Source: an uncultured Nitrososphaerota archaeon (lineage in GTDB: Archaea > Asgardarchaeota > Njordarchaeia > Njordarchaeales > Njordarchaeaceae). From it: a stretch of 64,000 bases of DNA. Below are positions 21,602-31,126 of this stretch, piece after piece. Every line of letters begins with the position of its first letter. Within the stretch, counting starts at the first letter, position 1. Location of the stretch: NCBI GenBank assembly GCA_964518475.1, contig CAZFGR010000004.1:39675-103674 (forward strand). The letters run 5' to 3'. Made by a program: the position numbers and the translations under genes. Below the pieces are notes generated by a model that saw nothing but the letters and a program-made list of their open reading frames with translations, was not told the DNA's origin and made no database searches.

Positions 21602-23443
21602 ATGCGTTTAGAACCAAATAAGGAAGAGTCAAGGAAGAGCAAATTCTTCGAATTTAGCACAAGAACACTAGTTCTATACGTAACTGTGATCTCCCTAGCA
21701 ATATTTCTGCATGTAAGGAGCGTGGGAGCTCAAGCACCTGTAACAATAACACCACTACAAGCCCTAGCAATAACAATCTATGCTTTCCTCTGCGGACTCG
21801 ATTATATATGGGTGACGCCCACTGGTATATGGCGACCAACCATAGCAGGGACAGTCACTGGTATCATTATAGGCCAACCTCTCTTAGGACTAATTGCTGG
21901 ATCATTAATCGAGTTCACATTCCTAGGTCTATTCACAATAGGAGGCGGAACGGTACCAGAGGCAGCCTCTGGAACAATAGTAGCTGTTCTTCTAGGAGCA
22001 ATAATTGGCGTAGCAGCTACACCCGAGGAAGCTGCAGCCTTAGTGCCTCTGGCGTGGCCAGTAGCAGCCCTAACAATGAACATTGAGATCTTAGTTAGAG
22101 CAGGCGATGCCTTCTTCACTCACTGGGCTGACGCCGAAATCGCAAAGGGCAATTTCGACAAGATTGGAATTATTAATATCATAGGAGCTATTCCATGGGC
22201 TTTGAGTAGAGCTATCCCAGTAGGTGTTTTCGCTTTCCTTGGAGCGACGCCGGAAGTAGCCGAAACAATTAGAAAGGCGATTCTTAGCCCAGCTATCCAA
22301 CCATTCTGGAACGCAATGGCTGTAGCTGGATGGTGGATGCCAGCTTTGGGAGTCGCACTTTTGCTGAGAATGTTCTATAGAACAGAGTACTTGCCATTCT
22401 TCCTATGGGGCTTCGCCTTGGTAGCCTACTTTAACTTATCATTGATCGCGGTTGCTATCTTCTCAGTAATCCTAGTAGGTGCTATCTACGTTGCTAGATG
22501 GATTATCCAGTTTGGCGAATTAAAGTTTGAGGCTCCAGAGGAAGCTGGTGGCGAGCGAGTCATAACGAGGGGAGATCTTGTCAAAGCATTCTGGTTATCA
22601 TGGTTCATTCAGAGCTCTTGGAACTATGAGCGAATGATGGGTACTGGTTTTGCTCATGGTATGCTACCAATAGAGAAGAAACTGAGGAAGACACCAGAGG
22701 AGCTCAAGGAATGGTTAACGATGCACTCAGAATTCTATAACACAGAGCCGCACCTCCACAACATAATTCTCGGAATGGTCATTGCTATGGAGGAGAGAGG
22801 TTCTGACATAGAGACGATAAGAGCTATAAAGACAGCGTTAATGGGTCCATTCGCTGGACTGGGAGACTCCGTGATGTGGTTTACTTTGCTCCCAATAGCT
22901 TTCGCTATAGGTGCTAGCTTGGGTGCTCAAGGAAACTTCCTAGGTCCTATCATAGCTCTCCTCATATGGATCCCAGTATCATGGGCTGTCAAGTACTACT
23001 CCTTAATTGTTGGATATAGGTACGGAGATAGATTAGCTGCAGTTCTTCACGGAGATGTTCTGAAATTCTTCAGAGATGCTATAGCGGCGTTCGCCGTAGC
23101 AATGATGGGTGGCATTGGAGCTTCTTATGTGACACCGCCTGGTAGCGTTAAGGTAACTCTAGAGATCTATGGAGTGAGTATTCAGTCGGTTATGGACATG
23201 ATTCTTCCAAGACTATTAGCCTTGCTAATAGTGCTATACGCGTACTGGATCGTGAAGAGAGGAGTTCCACTAAGCCTAACTGTTACTGCATTGTTCTTCA
23301 CTGGAGTAGGTCTAGCGTTGTGGAACGTTATCGGTCCAGCAGCAGCTACGTTCCAGTTACCGAGCCTAGGATACTTCATACTAGGTTTAATCTTCCTAAT
23401 CTTGGCAGCAATAATCGTTATCTTCGGTGCTAGGGAGAAATAA
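21602..23443 (+). CDS. Fused PTS EIIC-EIID, mannose family (likely start ATG 21602)
   Basis: EIIC motifs 'RPTIAG..G', 'IGGTVPE', then EIID motifs 'QSSWNYERM', 'FYNTEP', 'ALMGPFAGLGDS' in one ORF. Confidence 0.9.
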   Translation: MRLEPNKEESRKSKFFEFSTRTLVLYVTVISLAIFLHVRSVGAQAPVTITPLQALAITIYAFLCGLDYIWVTPTGIWRPTIAGTVTGIIIGQPLLGLIAGSLIEFTFLGLFTIGGGTVPEAASGTIVAVLLGAIIGVAATPEEAAALVPLAWPVAALTMNIEILVRAGDAFFTHWADAEIAKGNFDKIGIINIIGAIPWALSRAIPVGVFAFLGATPEVAETIRKAILSPAIQPFWNAMAVAGWWMPALGVALLLRMFYRTEYLPFFLWGFALVAYFNLSLIAVAIFSVILVGAIYVARWIIQFGELKFEAPEEAGGERVITRGDLVKAFWLSWFIQSSWNYERMMGTGFAHGMLPIEKKLRKTPEELKEWLTMHSEFYNTEPHLHNIILGMVIAMEERGSDIETIRAIKTALMGPFAGLGDSVMWFTLLPIAFAIGASLGAQGNFLGPIIALLIWIPVSWAVKYYSLIVGYRYGDRLAAVLHGDVLKFFRDAIAAFAVAMMGGIGASYVTPPGSVKVTLEIYGVSIQSVMDMILPRLLALLIVLYAYWIVKRGVPLSLTVTALFFTGVGLALWNVIGPAAATFQLPSLGYFILGLIFLILAAIIVIFGAREK

Positions 23444-23579
23444 AGGCCTTGTTTCCTTTTACTAAGGCTTTTTTTATTTTTTAATTTTTATAAGATATGA
23501 ACGAAAAAATCTAATAACTCTTTTTTGTACTTTTTCTTTTCATGGAAATTCTAAAAGATAGTTATGGAAGGGATCGGTC

Positions 23580-24083
23580 TTGGAGATTGCTTTATTGAGA
23601 GTTGATGATAGATATGTGCATGGCCAGGTTACGGCTGCTTGGGTAAGGGTCGCTAATGCTAATGTTATATGGGTTGTTAATGACGCTGTAGCTAAGAACC
23701 CCGTGATAAAACAGTTACAGACGTCTTTAGCGCCTCCGGGAACTGTTGTGGAGGTCTATACTATTGAAGAAGCGATAAAGAAACTCCAAGAGGAACAAGG
23801 TAAAAGCGATGGTAGAAGAGTGCTCGTATTAGTAGCTAATTGTGTTGATGCTTTAAAACTGGTTGAGGGAGGGGCAAAGGTAGACTCTATTAATCTGGGC
23901 CAAATGGCTTGGAGGCAGGGAAGGACTCAGATTGCGAAAACGGTATCAGTGTCTCCAGAGGATGTCGAAGCTATCAAAAAACTTGTTGAGAAAGGTATTA
24001 AGGTATGGTATCAGCAACTTCCTGACTTCCCTACGAAGCCTCAGGATGTTGTAAAAATGTTACAGGAAAAAAATCTTTGGTAG
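23580..24083 (+). CDS. PTS EIIB component, mannose family
   Basis: 'LRVDDRYVHGQV' phospho-His motif, 'INLG'. Confidence 0.93.
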   Translation: MEIALLRVDDRYVHGQVTAAWVRVANANVIWVVNDAVAKNPVIKQLQTSLAPPGTVVEVYTIEEAIKKLQEEQGKSDGRRVLVLVANCVDALKLVEGGAKVDSINLGQMAWRQGRTQIAKTVSVSPEDVEAIKKLVEKGIKVWYQQLPDFPTKPQDVVKMLQEKNLW

Positions 24084-24086
24084 TGA

Positions 24087-25211
24087 GTGGTGTATGATTT
24101 GAACAAAATTGGTTTTGGTTTAGTAGGAGCTGGTGGAATCGGTTTTGTCCATGCTTGGGCTACTAGAGTAGCCCCCTTCTCGTTTAGTGATTTAGATCCT
24201 AGACAGATCGAGCTAGTAGGTGTTTATAATAGGACGTTATCGAAGGCTGAGAATCTTGCGAAGAGATTTGGCTTCAGATACGCTACAGATGAGTTAGAGA
24301 AAATACTTAATGATCCCGAAATAAATGCTGTCTGTATAGCTTTGGCTAATGCTTTTCATAGAGAACCAGTTATTAAAGCTGCGGATATAGGTAAGAATAT
24401 CCTATGTGAGAAACCCCTTGGCCTGAATCTTGACGAAGCTAGAGAGATGTATGAAAGTGTCAAGAACGCTGGAATAACCCACGCGGTTGCTCTAGTAATG
24501 CGTTTCATGCCTTCCGTTATCTATGCAAAGCAATTAATCGATCAAGGAGTCTTGGGAAGAATCTATCACTACAGAGCGGTCGTCGCCCATTCGAGGTATG
24601 TGAATCCCGATCTTCCTATTGAGTGGAGAATGAAAAAAAGTCTTGCTGGTGGGGGTGCTCTAGCCGATATAGGTATTCACCTAATGGATCTTGCCAGATA
24701 CCTAATTGGAGAAGTAAGAGAATTAGCAGCTATTACTAAAACGTTTATAAGAGAGAGAAAGACTAAGAGTGGGGAAAAAGATATAGTGGATGTTGAGGAT
24801 GCAGGATTAGTCATCTTTTCATTCGATAATGGGGCATTAGGAAATATCGAAGCTACCAGATTCGGACCAGGTTTTCAGGAACTGGATAGAATAGAGATTC
24901 ATGGCTCAAAAGGTATGATCCGATTTTACCTTGAGAACCCCTTCGAGATCTTCCTATACTTATCAACCGAGGATCCTCCAGGAGTAAAACGTGTAATATT
25001 GAAACCTTGGAGCAATGCTCTCTGGCCTCCGAGCAAATCAATTAGTGGATGGGCATTTCTCTTCGTGAAACTAATACATGAATTCTTTAAAGCCATTCTA
25101 GAGAAGAGAGAGGCTTCTCCCAATTTCTATGACGGACTTAAAGCCCAAGAGATCTTGGAAGCGGCCTACGTATCCGCCGAAGAAAAAAGATGGGTTCGGT
25201 TACCTCTATGA
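24087..25211 (+). CDS. Gfo/Idh/MocA family oxidoreductase
   Basis: 'GLVGAGGIG', 'CEKPL', 'GGGALADIGIH'. Confidence 0.92.
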   Translation: MVYDLNKIGFGLVGAGGIGFVHAWATRVAPFSFSDLDPRQIELVGVYNRTLSKAENLAKRFGFRYATDELEKILNDPEINAVCIALANAFHREPVIKAADIGKNILCEKPLGLNLDEAREMYESVKNAGITHAVALVMRFMPSVIYAKQLIDQGVLGRIYHYRAVVAHSRYVNPDLPIEWRMKKSLAGGGALADIGIHLMDLARYLIGEVRELAAITKTFIRERKTKSGEKDIVDVEDAGLVIFSFDNGALGNIEATRFGPGFQELDRIEIHGSKGMIRFYLENPFEIFLYLSTEDPPGVKRVILKPWSNALWPPSKSISGWAFLFVKLIHEFFKAILEKREASPNFYDGLKAQEILEAAYVSAEEKRWVRLPL

Positions 25212-25633
25212 CAAATGAGAAAACGATATATGACAAATTACTAAGAAAGATGAAAACCATAACTAGTAGGGCATGGCTAGTTAGTAGATTCGATGAGGAT
25301 AGAGAGGGTCACGTAAAACCAAAACTAACCCTCAGATACTTTGGTTATTTAATCCTCAATACCAAGAAAAGAGTTGTGATCTTCCAAGGAAGTGTTCTGA
25401 AATTTAAGAAAATAAATATACGGATTCCACTAAATAGGATAAAGCTCGTACAAATCTATGGAGGAAACAACCTAAGGATCAAATGGATCGGTGAGAAAGG
25501 AATCTATCACAACGCGATTTTTCTCGTCGGTGAACTGGACTTCCTAGGTATAGCGCATCCATCGAAGAGAGCTGTCGAGGTATGGTATAACTTGCTTAAT
25601 AGGGCCCAAGAGATTTTCAAATTAAGAAAGTAA
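25190..25633 (+). CDS. Hypothetical protein, PH/GRAM-like fold predicted (start may be ATG 25208)
   Basis: 'GYLIL...RVVIFQ...IRIPLNRI..V' strands and C-terminal helix 'VEVWYNLL'. Confidence 0.5.
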   Translation: MGSVTSMTNEKTIYDKLLRKMKTITSRAWLVSRFDEDREGHVKPKLTLRYFGYLILNTKKRVVIFQGSVLKFKKINIRIPLNRIKLVQIYGGNNLRIKWIGEKGIYHNAIFLVGELDFLGIAHPSKRAVEVWYNLLNRAQEIFKLRK

Positions 25634-25654
25634 TTCCCCCCAATTTTTATTTAG

Positions 25655-26581
25655 TTGAGTTGTTTTTGTTTTTGGGTGTCCTTAATGCCTGTACGTTTGA
25701 TAGATTCTCCATGGTCTGTGATAAAGAATATGAAGCGTAGTGAATTATTAGAGGCTATAAAGCTTAGTGATGGTAGAGTAATCGTCGCGGAAGTAGTTGT
25801 TACGACTTCTCCGCTGATCGATAAAGTCTCTAATGTAGAAATCGCGGCGGGTTTCGGTGCTGATATGATCACTCTAAACTTCTATGATGTTAAGAAAAAG
25901 TACATAGCGGGCATTCCTCCAGAAATAAATTCACTGAAAAAATTAAGAGAGTTCTTGGGTAGACCAGTGGGTCTTAATCTTGAGCCGGTAAGACCAGAAA
26001 AAGCTAGAGAGCTTGGATATACAGAGGGTCGTTTAGCGAATCCAGAGAATGCGGAATTGGCTGTAAATGATGGGGCAGATTACATAGTAATAACAGCAAA
26101 TCCCATGGCTGGTGTTAGTTTTGACGATATAATAAGAGCTAGCGAAGAGATAAGGAATACTATAGGAGAGAAAGCAATATTATTTGCTGGAAAAATGCAT
26201 CTTGCTGGAGTATATGGGGAACAATTAACAGAAGAGGTTATTAAAAGATTGGCCCGAAGTGGAGCGGATGGTATCATAATACCAGCTCCAGGAACAGTTC
26301 CTGGAATAACAGTAGAAATCGCGAGAAAATATGTTGAGTGGGCTCATGAAAATGACCTAATCGTTATGTCCTGCATAGGAACATCCCAGGAAGGTGCTGA
26401 TACCTTCACTATTAGACAGATAGCAATTATGAGCAAGATGACTGGAGCAGATATTCATCACATAGGAGACTCTGGTTACAGTCCTGGTGTGGCTTTGCCA
26501 GAGAATATAATTTCCTTCGGGATAGCAATAAAGGGAAAGAGACATGTTTTTAGGAGGATTGCCCAGTCGATAATTAGGTAA
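25655..26581 (+). CDS. TIM-barrel protein of the 'PEP phosphonomutase-like' uncharacterised family often near PTS operons
   Basis: 'NVEIAAGFGAD', 'GLNLEP', 'AGKMH.AG', 'GTSQEGAD', 'GADIHHIGD'. Confidence 0.75.
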   Translation: MSCFCFWVSLMPVRLIDSPWSVIKNMKRSELLEAIKLSDGRVIVAEVVVTTSPLIDKVSNVEIAAGFGADMITLNFYDVKKKYIAGIPPEINSLKKLREFLGRPVGLNLEPVRPEKARELGYTEGRLANPENAELAVNDGADYIVITANPMAGVSFDDIIRASEEIRNTIGEKAILFAGKMHLAGVYGEQLTEEVIKRLARSGADGIIIPAPGTVPGITVEIARKYVEWAHENDLIVMSCIGTSQEGADTFTIRQIAIMSKMTGADIHHIGDSGYSPGVALPENIISFGIAIKGKRHVFRRIAQSIIR

Positions 26582-26702
26582 AATCTTGGTACTTTTTGGT
26601 ATTTTTTTAAAACTCATTTTCACACTTTTTCAAATTCTCTAGGAAAGACTTATATATTTAACGCGTACTAGTTTGCTAATGAGTTCTTTCTAGGTGTTCT
26701 AA

Positions 26703-27194
26703 ATGGGTAAAAAAGCTAGAGAAATTGTTAAGGGTAATGTTGATGAATTGGTACGGCTTCTAAACAAGGCTTACGCCGATGAATGGATTGCATACTTCTA
26801 TTATCTCCACGTAGCAAAGATGGCTAAAGGGTTAAACGCCCCTGTTGTAGCAGAGGCCATCGAAAAAGCCGCTAAAGATGAGCTGGAGCACATGAATGAA
26901 TTAGCAGAACGAATCATTCACATTGGTGGAGAGCCAATAAGGGATTTCGTAGCACTCGTCAAGGAAGCTAATTGTCCAAAAGTCGATTTACCAACAGATT
27001 GGAGTGACTTAAAAGCTATTTTAAAAGCAGTGATTGATGCCGAAAGATGTGCTATAGATGTTTACAACAAGATCCTAGAATGGCTACAAAACGTTGGTAA
27101 AGATCCAGTGACATGGCAGGTTATTCGTCACATAATGCAGGAAGAGATTGAGCACGAGGACTTATTCGAAACTATTCTTGGAGAAGACTATTAA
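26703..27194 (+). CDS. DPS-like (DPSL) ferritin-family protein
   Basis: 'AYADEWIAYFYY', 'ELEH', 'AERCAI', 'EEIEHE'. Confidence 0.88.
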   Translation: MGKKAREIVKGNVDELVRLLNKAYADEWIAYFYYLHVAKMAKGLNAPVVAEAIEKAAKDELEHMNELAERIIHIGGEPIRDFVALVKEANCPKVDLPTDWSDLKAILKAVIDAERCAIDVYNKILEWLQNVGKDPVTWQVIRHIMQEEIEHEDLFETILGEDY

Positions 27195-27204
27195 GGTGCT
27201 TAAA

Positions 27205-27638
27205 ATGGATAGAGAAGGGTTCAAGGAATTCCTAAAGAAACAAATTGGTATTGAACGAAAAATTGTTGAGAGAGCTGAGAATAACAGCAAGATTACCAAA
27301 AATAGATTGATTGGAGAACTTATAAAAAGGAATTGGCTATGATTCGTTAAAGCACGCAAATTTATTAGAGGCATTACTTGCTCTACTAGAAGCAAGGGCT
27401 CCCTTAATATCTGAGGAGGAATCAGAGGGATTCATAAATGGGATTAGAGAGCATTTAGAAATGGAAAAAGAAGCTATAGAAACATATTCCAAGTTTCTAG
27501 AAAAAGTAGAGGATCAAAAACTCGTCTAATAATAGCCTATATCCTAGAGGATGAAAAGAGACATCACGCTTTACTGAAGAAGACGTATTCGAACTAGTAT
27601 GACAGTTCTCGGTTACTCATGGATCTCCTGGTGGATAA
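27205..27638 (+). pseudogene. Ferritin-like di-iron protein, frameshifted and apparently internally deleted
   Basis: Pieces 'GIGYDSLKHA', 'EHLEMEKEAI', 'ILEDEKRHHALL', terminal 'THGSPGG'; shifts at A-runs near 27325 and 27520. Confidence 0.75.
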
Positions 27639-27693
27639 CATCACTTAAAGAAAAAAGAATAAAGATTAAAATTAGACAAAATGTCTCTTTTCT

Positions 27694-28896
27694 TTATTTT
27701 TTAGCTACGATTCTTCTTAATTCTCTTATTATTTCTGGTGTATTTATTTTCATGGGGCAACGTTCCACGCATCTCCCATCTAATAAGCAGGTGTAGAGTA
27801 GGGGGACAGCTTTCTCTAAGCCTTCTATTGCATATGTCCATATGGCTCCGATCCCTCCCATGTTAGCTCTTCCGCCGAATATTCCTGCAATAATCTTGAA
27901 TACTGGACAGGAGTACATGCATGCGCCACACCGTATACACATTGCTGCTTCTCTAAGCTTCGGATCCCTTATGAGCTTGCTTCTTCCGTTATCTAGAAAT
28001 ACTATGTGGGCCTCCTCGGGCCATCTAGAATTATCATCTATTACTCTTACTCCCCCAATTATATCATAGTACCCAGCTACTTTGTATTTAGCATATCTGG
28101 AAACAACTAAAGCTACTTTTATAGCATCCATCAGGGTAGGAACTATCTTCTCTATTCCCGCTAAAACTATTAGTTTCGGTGGAATATTAGCCGTGAATCT
28201 GATATTTCCCTCATTGTGTATAAGAACTACGGCACCGTCATAAGCTGCAACAACATTTGCCCCAGTTACTCCGAATTCTGCTTCGTAATATTTTTTCCTC
28301 AGAAAATCACTAGCTGCTTTAACCATAGCGGGGATATCAGATGGGTCGAACTCTCTTTTGAAGAATTTCTGAAAGATCTCTGCAACCTTTTCCTTTGGTA
28401 CGTGAAGAGAAGGAGTCACTACGTGCATGGGTCTGTCATTCAATAACTGAATAATGAATTCGCCTAAATCTGTTTCCCAGACCTCGCTACCAAGCTCTAT
28501 CAAGTATTCCCTTAGCCCTATTTCTTCCGTTGCTATACTTTTCGCCTTAACAATAACTTTTCCTTTCCCGATTATTTTACCAATAATCGACCTAGCCTCA
28601 TCGGAATCGTGGGCATAGTGTACATGGAAGCCTCTTTCTCTAAATCTCTCTATGGCAATCTTTAATAACTCGTCTATTCTTTCGATACTTTCTCTTTTTA
28701 TCTCTCTTACCTCTTCAGTTAATTTCTCGAACTCTGGATACTTACTCACTAACTTTCTTATATCTTCCTCGTAACCAGTGGTTGCTCTCTCTACGCCAAC
28801 TTGGAAATAGGGAGTATTCATAGCCTTTGAAACGCTTTCGTAATAATTTTTCCAGATTTTCCGAACATCCTCTCTCATTTTCACCCCTCTAAGCAA
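27694..28896 (-). CDS. LUD domain plus ferredoxin-like Fe-S protein (LutB/LldF-like)
   Basis: 'ETDLGEFIIQL', 'NEGN', 'LDNGRS', 'CIRCGACMYSCP'. Confidence 0.88.
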   Translation of the reverse strand: MLRGVKMREDVRKIWKNYYESVSKAMNTPYFQVGVERATTGYEEDIRKLVSKYPEFEKLTEEVREIKRESIERIDELLKIAIERFRERGFHVHYAHDSDEARSIIGKIIGKGKVIVKAKSIATEEIGLREYLIELGSEVWETDLGEFIIQLLNDRPMHVVTPSLHVPKEKVAEIFQKFFKREFDPSDIPAMVKAASDFLRKKYYEAEFGVTGANVVAAYDGAVVLIHNEGNIRFTANIPPKLIVLAGIEKIVPTLMDAIKVALVVSRYAKYKVAGYYDIIGGVRVIDDNSRWPEEAHIVFLDNGRSKLIRDPKLREAAMCIRCGACMYSCPVFKIIAGIFGGRANMGGIGAIWTYAIEGLEKAVPLLYTCLLDGRCVERCPMKINTPEIIRELRRIVAKK

Positions 28897-29846
28897 TCAT
28901 ATACAAGATCTAGCAAATCTACTACTTTCGTATTCTTCCTCACGCTTCTGAATATACTCATACAAATGGGGCACGCAGTCACGATTAGATCAGCTCCCGT
29001 CTCCTCTAACTCCTTAATTCTGACTCTAGCTATTTCCTCGGAGAGCTCTCTAAAAACAAATTCTAATGGACCACCACAACATATCGACAATTCCCTTGTG
29101 TTAAACGGTTCCACAAGCTCTAGATTCCCAATACTATTCAATATTCTACGAGGCTCCTCGATTATCCTATAATTCAACGATTTAGAGTAGTGACACGGAT
29201 CATGATAAGTAACCCTTATTTTTTCTAAGGACTTTAGTTCCAGTTTTTTCTCCTCTATTGCTTCATCGAGTATGGTAACTATGTTTATAATTTCGAAGTC
29301 GAATCCATCAATCTCTCTTGCATAGACGTTAACGAAGAGATCGTATGTGTGGGGGTCGATAACAATTATCTCTCTGACTTTCTTGGCTTTGAAAAAGTCT
29401 CGAAGCTTTTCACCATAACGAATCAAATCATCATAGAAGCCAAGATCATGCAATAAAGCACCACTATAAGGCTCTTTCTCTAGTACAGAGACGCTATATC
29501 CTATTTTTTGAAGAATCTTTATGGCTTTAACGGGTACTTGCTCGAAATACTTATTCGAGAACATTCTGAGGAAGAGGCTTGAGAGGCCAGAGAATTTCTC
29601 TGCTAGACTCACTATCCTCTCAGATGTTGGATTTTTGGTTAAGAGTTTTATTAGGTTTGAAAATTTACTGACAAGACCCATGGTATAGTACATGCATCCA
29701 GTATAGAGAATTGTTGAACAATTATCACTGCACACATATTCCCTTAGATTCTTAGTGCATCTCTTAATAGGCGCTCCTAGGGGATTAAGCTTCTTCACTA
29801 TCTGGTTGCGGATAAGTAGTAAGACTTTAGGTAGGTAATCACTCAA
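28881..29846 (-). CDS. CCG-domain Fe-S oxidoreductase (LutA/GlcF-like)
   Basis: 'TYHDPCH', 'CCGG', 'TACPIC'. Confidence 0.85.
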   Translation of the reverse strand: MSDYLPKVLLLIRNQIVKKLNPLGAPIKRCTKNLREYVCSDNCSTILYTGCMYYTMGLVSKFSNLIKLLTKNPTSERIVSLAEKFSGLSSLFLRMFSNKYFEQVPVKAIKILQKIGYSVSVLEKEPYSGALLHDLGFYDDLIRYGEKLRDFFKAKKVREIIVIDPHTYDLFVNVYAREIDGFDFEIINIVTILDEAIEEKKLELKSLEKIRVTYHDPCHYSKSLNYRIIEEPRRILNSIGNLELVEPFNTRELSICCGGPLEFVFRELSEEIARVRIKELEETGADLIVTACPICMSIFRSVRKNTKVVDLLDLVYDCLEG

Positions 29847-29852
29847 AATTCT

Positions 29853-31001
29853 CTACCTCCTCAAAGTATTTAATATAGAGAGTAGTTGTTCTGTTTCACT
29901 CTCTAGCGTCTCTGGCTTCTCTTTGATACCCTCCCTAATATTTCTGAGAACAACTTTATAAGATCTTCTTAAGACTTCTAGTAGCTCATTACCCCATAAT
30001 GGCTCGTACCGGAGTATAGTGTTTATTAAGACCCCGGCATCGATTGGATCAACTAGATCGTTATTGGCGAGAAGCATTATTTTTAGGGGATCCAGTGATG
30101 GTATATTAAGAGTCATGGCTAGTAGTGAAAGTTCTGGATATAGAGTCTCGATAAACTGAGAAATTATACTACTTTTTGTCAGATCTTCTTCTTTTTCGAG
30201 CAGAGAAAGTCTCCCATTATCTACCAGAATAGTAGTGACTTCTCGCGGACCATGAGCTCCATAAACAACTACTTTTTCTATATCTCCTGTTCTTGAAGGA
30301 TTGTTGACTATATGTATCTGCCCACGCAGTAACTTATCGAATGACTTCGTCCTGAGATATGCTAGATGAACAGCATTGAGAAAACTAGTTACTATCTTTT
30401 CTAGACCTATAACAAAGACATTACGGCGAGGAGCTGTGCATAATATTGTTCTAGTACTATCCCAATCAATAATCACTAGAGACCCATACTCCGAACTAGC
30501 AAAATCCACAGTTCCGATTCCGAGAGTAGCTTCATACGAGAAATCTCTTAACTTTTTAATGTGCTCAGTTCTATTCCGATCAATAGGGCTTAGAGCTAAT
30601 TCTCTTGGATGTAAGCGTTTTTCTTCAAATGCTTTTTGAGCTACTGGATCTGTAAATAGGAGTGTGTCTGTATGTATGTTCTCATAAATTTTTGTCTCTA
30701 GCACTTCGAAACAAAGCTCTATTAATAATTTATCATCCTCTCTGCAAATATCCTGAAGAATCTTTGTGACTTTTAGAGAATCCCTCGCTACGAATACTTG
30801 AATTTTGTTCTCTTCTAGTTGATCCTTGATCATTGATAATTTGTCCTTAATTGATGTTTTTTCATGTTTTAAAATTGTAGAAAGTTCTTCTGAGATACTG
30901 CTGAAAGTACCTAACCTATTTTTTACCCTATTTATTTTCCTTTGCAGGATTTTGATATGGTTTTCATTAAGGCTTTGGCTAGTCAAGGCTTTTTTCACCA
31001 A
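29853..31001 (-). CDS. LUD domain protein (LutC/LutB-like, no Fe-S motif)
   Basis: 'PSRTGDIEKVVVYGAHGPRE....VDNGR'. Confidence 0.82.
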   Translation of the reverse strand: MVKKALTSQSLNENHIKILQRKINRVKNRLGTFSSISEELSTILKHEKTSIKDKLSMIKDQLEENKIQVFVARDSLKVTKILQDICREDDKLLIELCFEVLETKIYENIHTDTLLFTDPVAQKAFEEKRLHPRELALSPIDRNRTEHIKKLRDFSYEATLGIGTVDFASSEYGSLVIIDWDSTRTILCTAPRRNVFVIGLEKIVTSFLNAVHLAYLRTKSFDKLLRGQIHIVNNPSRTGDIEKVVVYGAHGPREVTTILVDNGRLSLLEKEEDLTKSSIISQFIETLYPELSLLAMTLNIPSLDPLKIMLLANNDLVDPIDAGVLINTILRYEPLWGNELLEVLRRSYKVVLRNIREGIKEKPETLESETEQLLSILNTLRR

Positions 31002-31126
31002 CTAATCTCTCGTCTTTAAGTGCTTTTATTTTTTAAGGGTGAACTAGTTTTAGTTCACAATTTAATGAAGATTTTTATGTGAATTTTTAATGTGAATTTT
31101 TTGTATCGTACTGATAGGGTTTCAAA

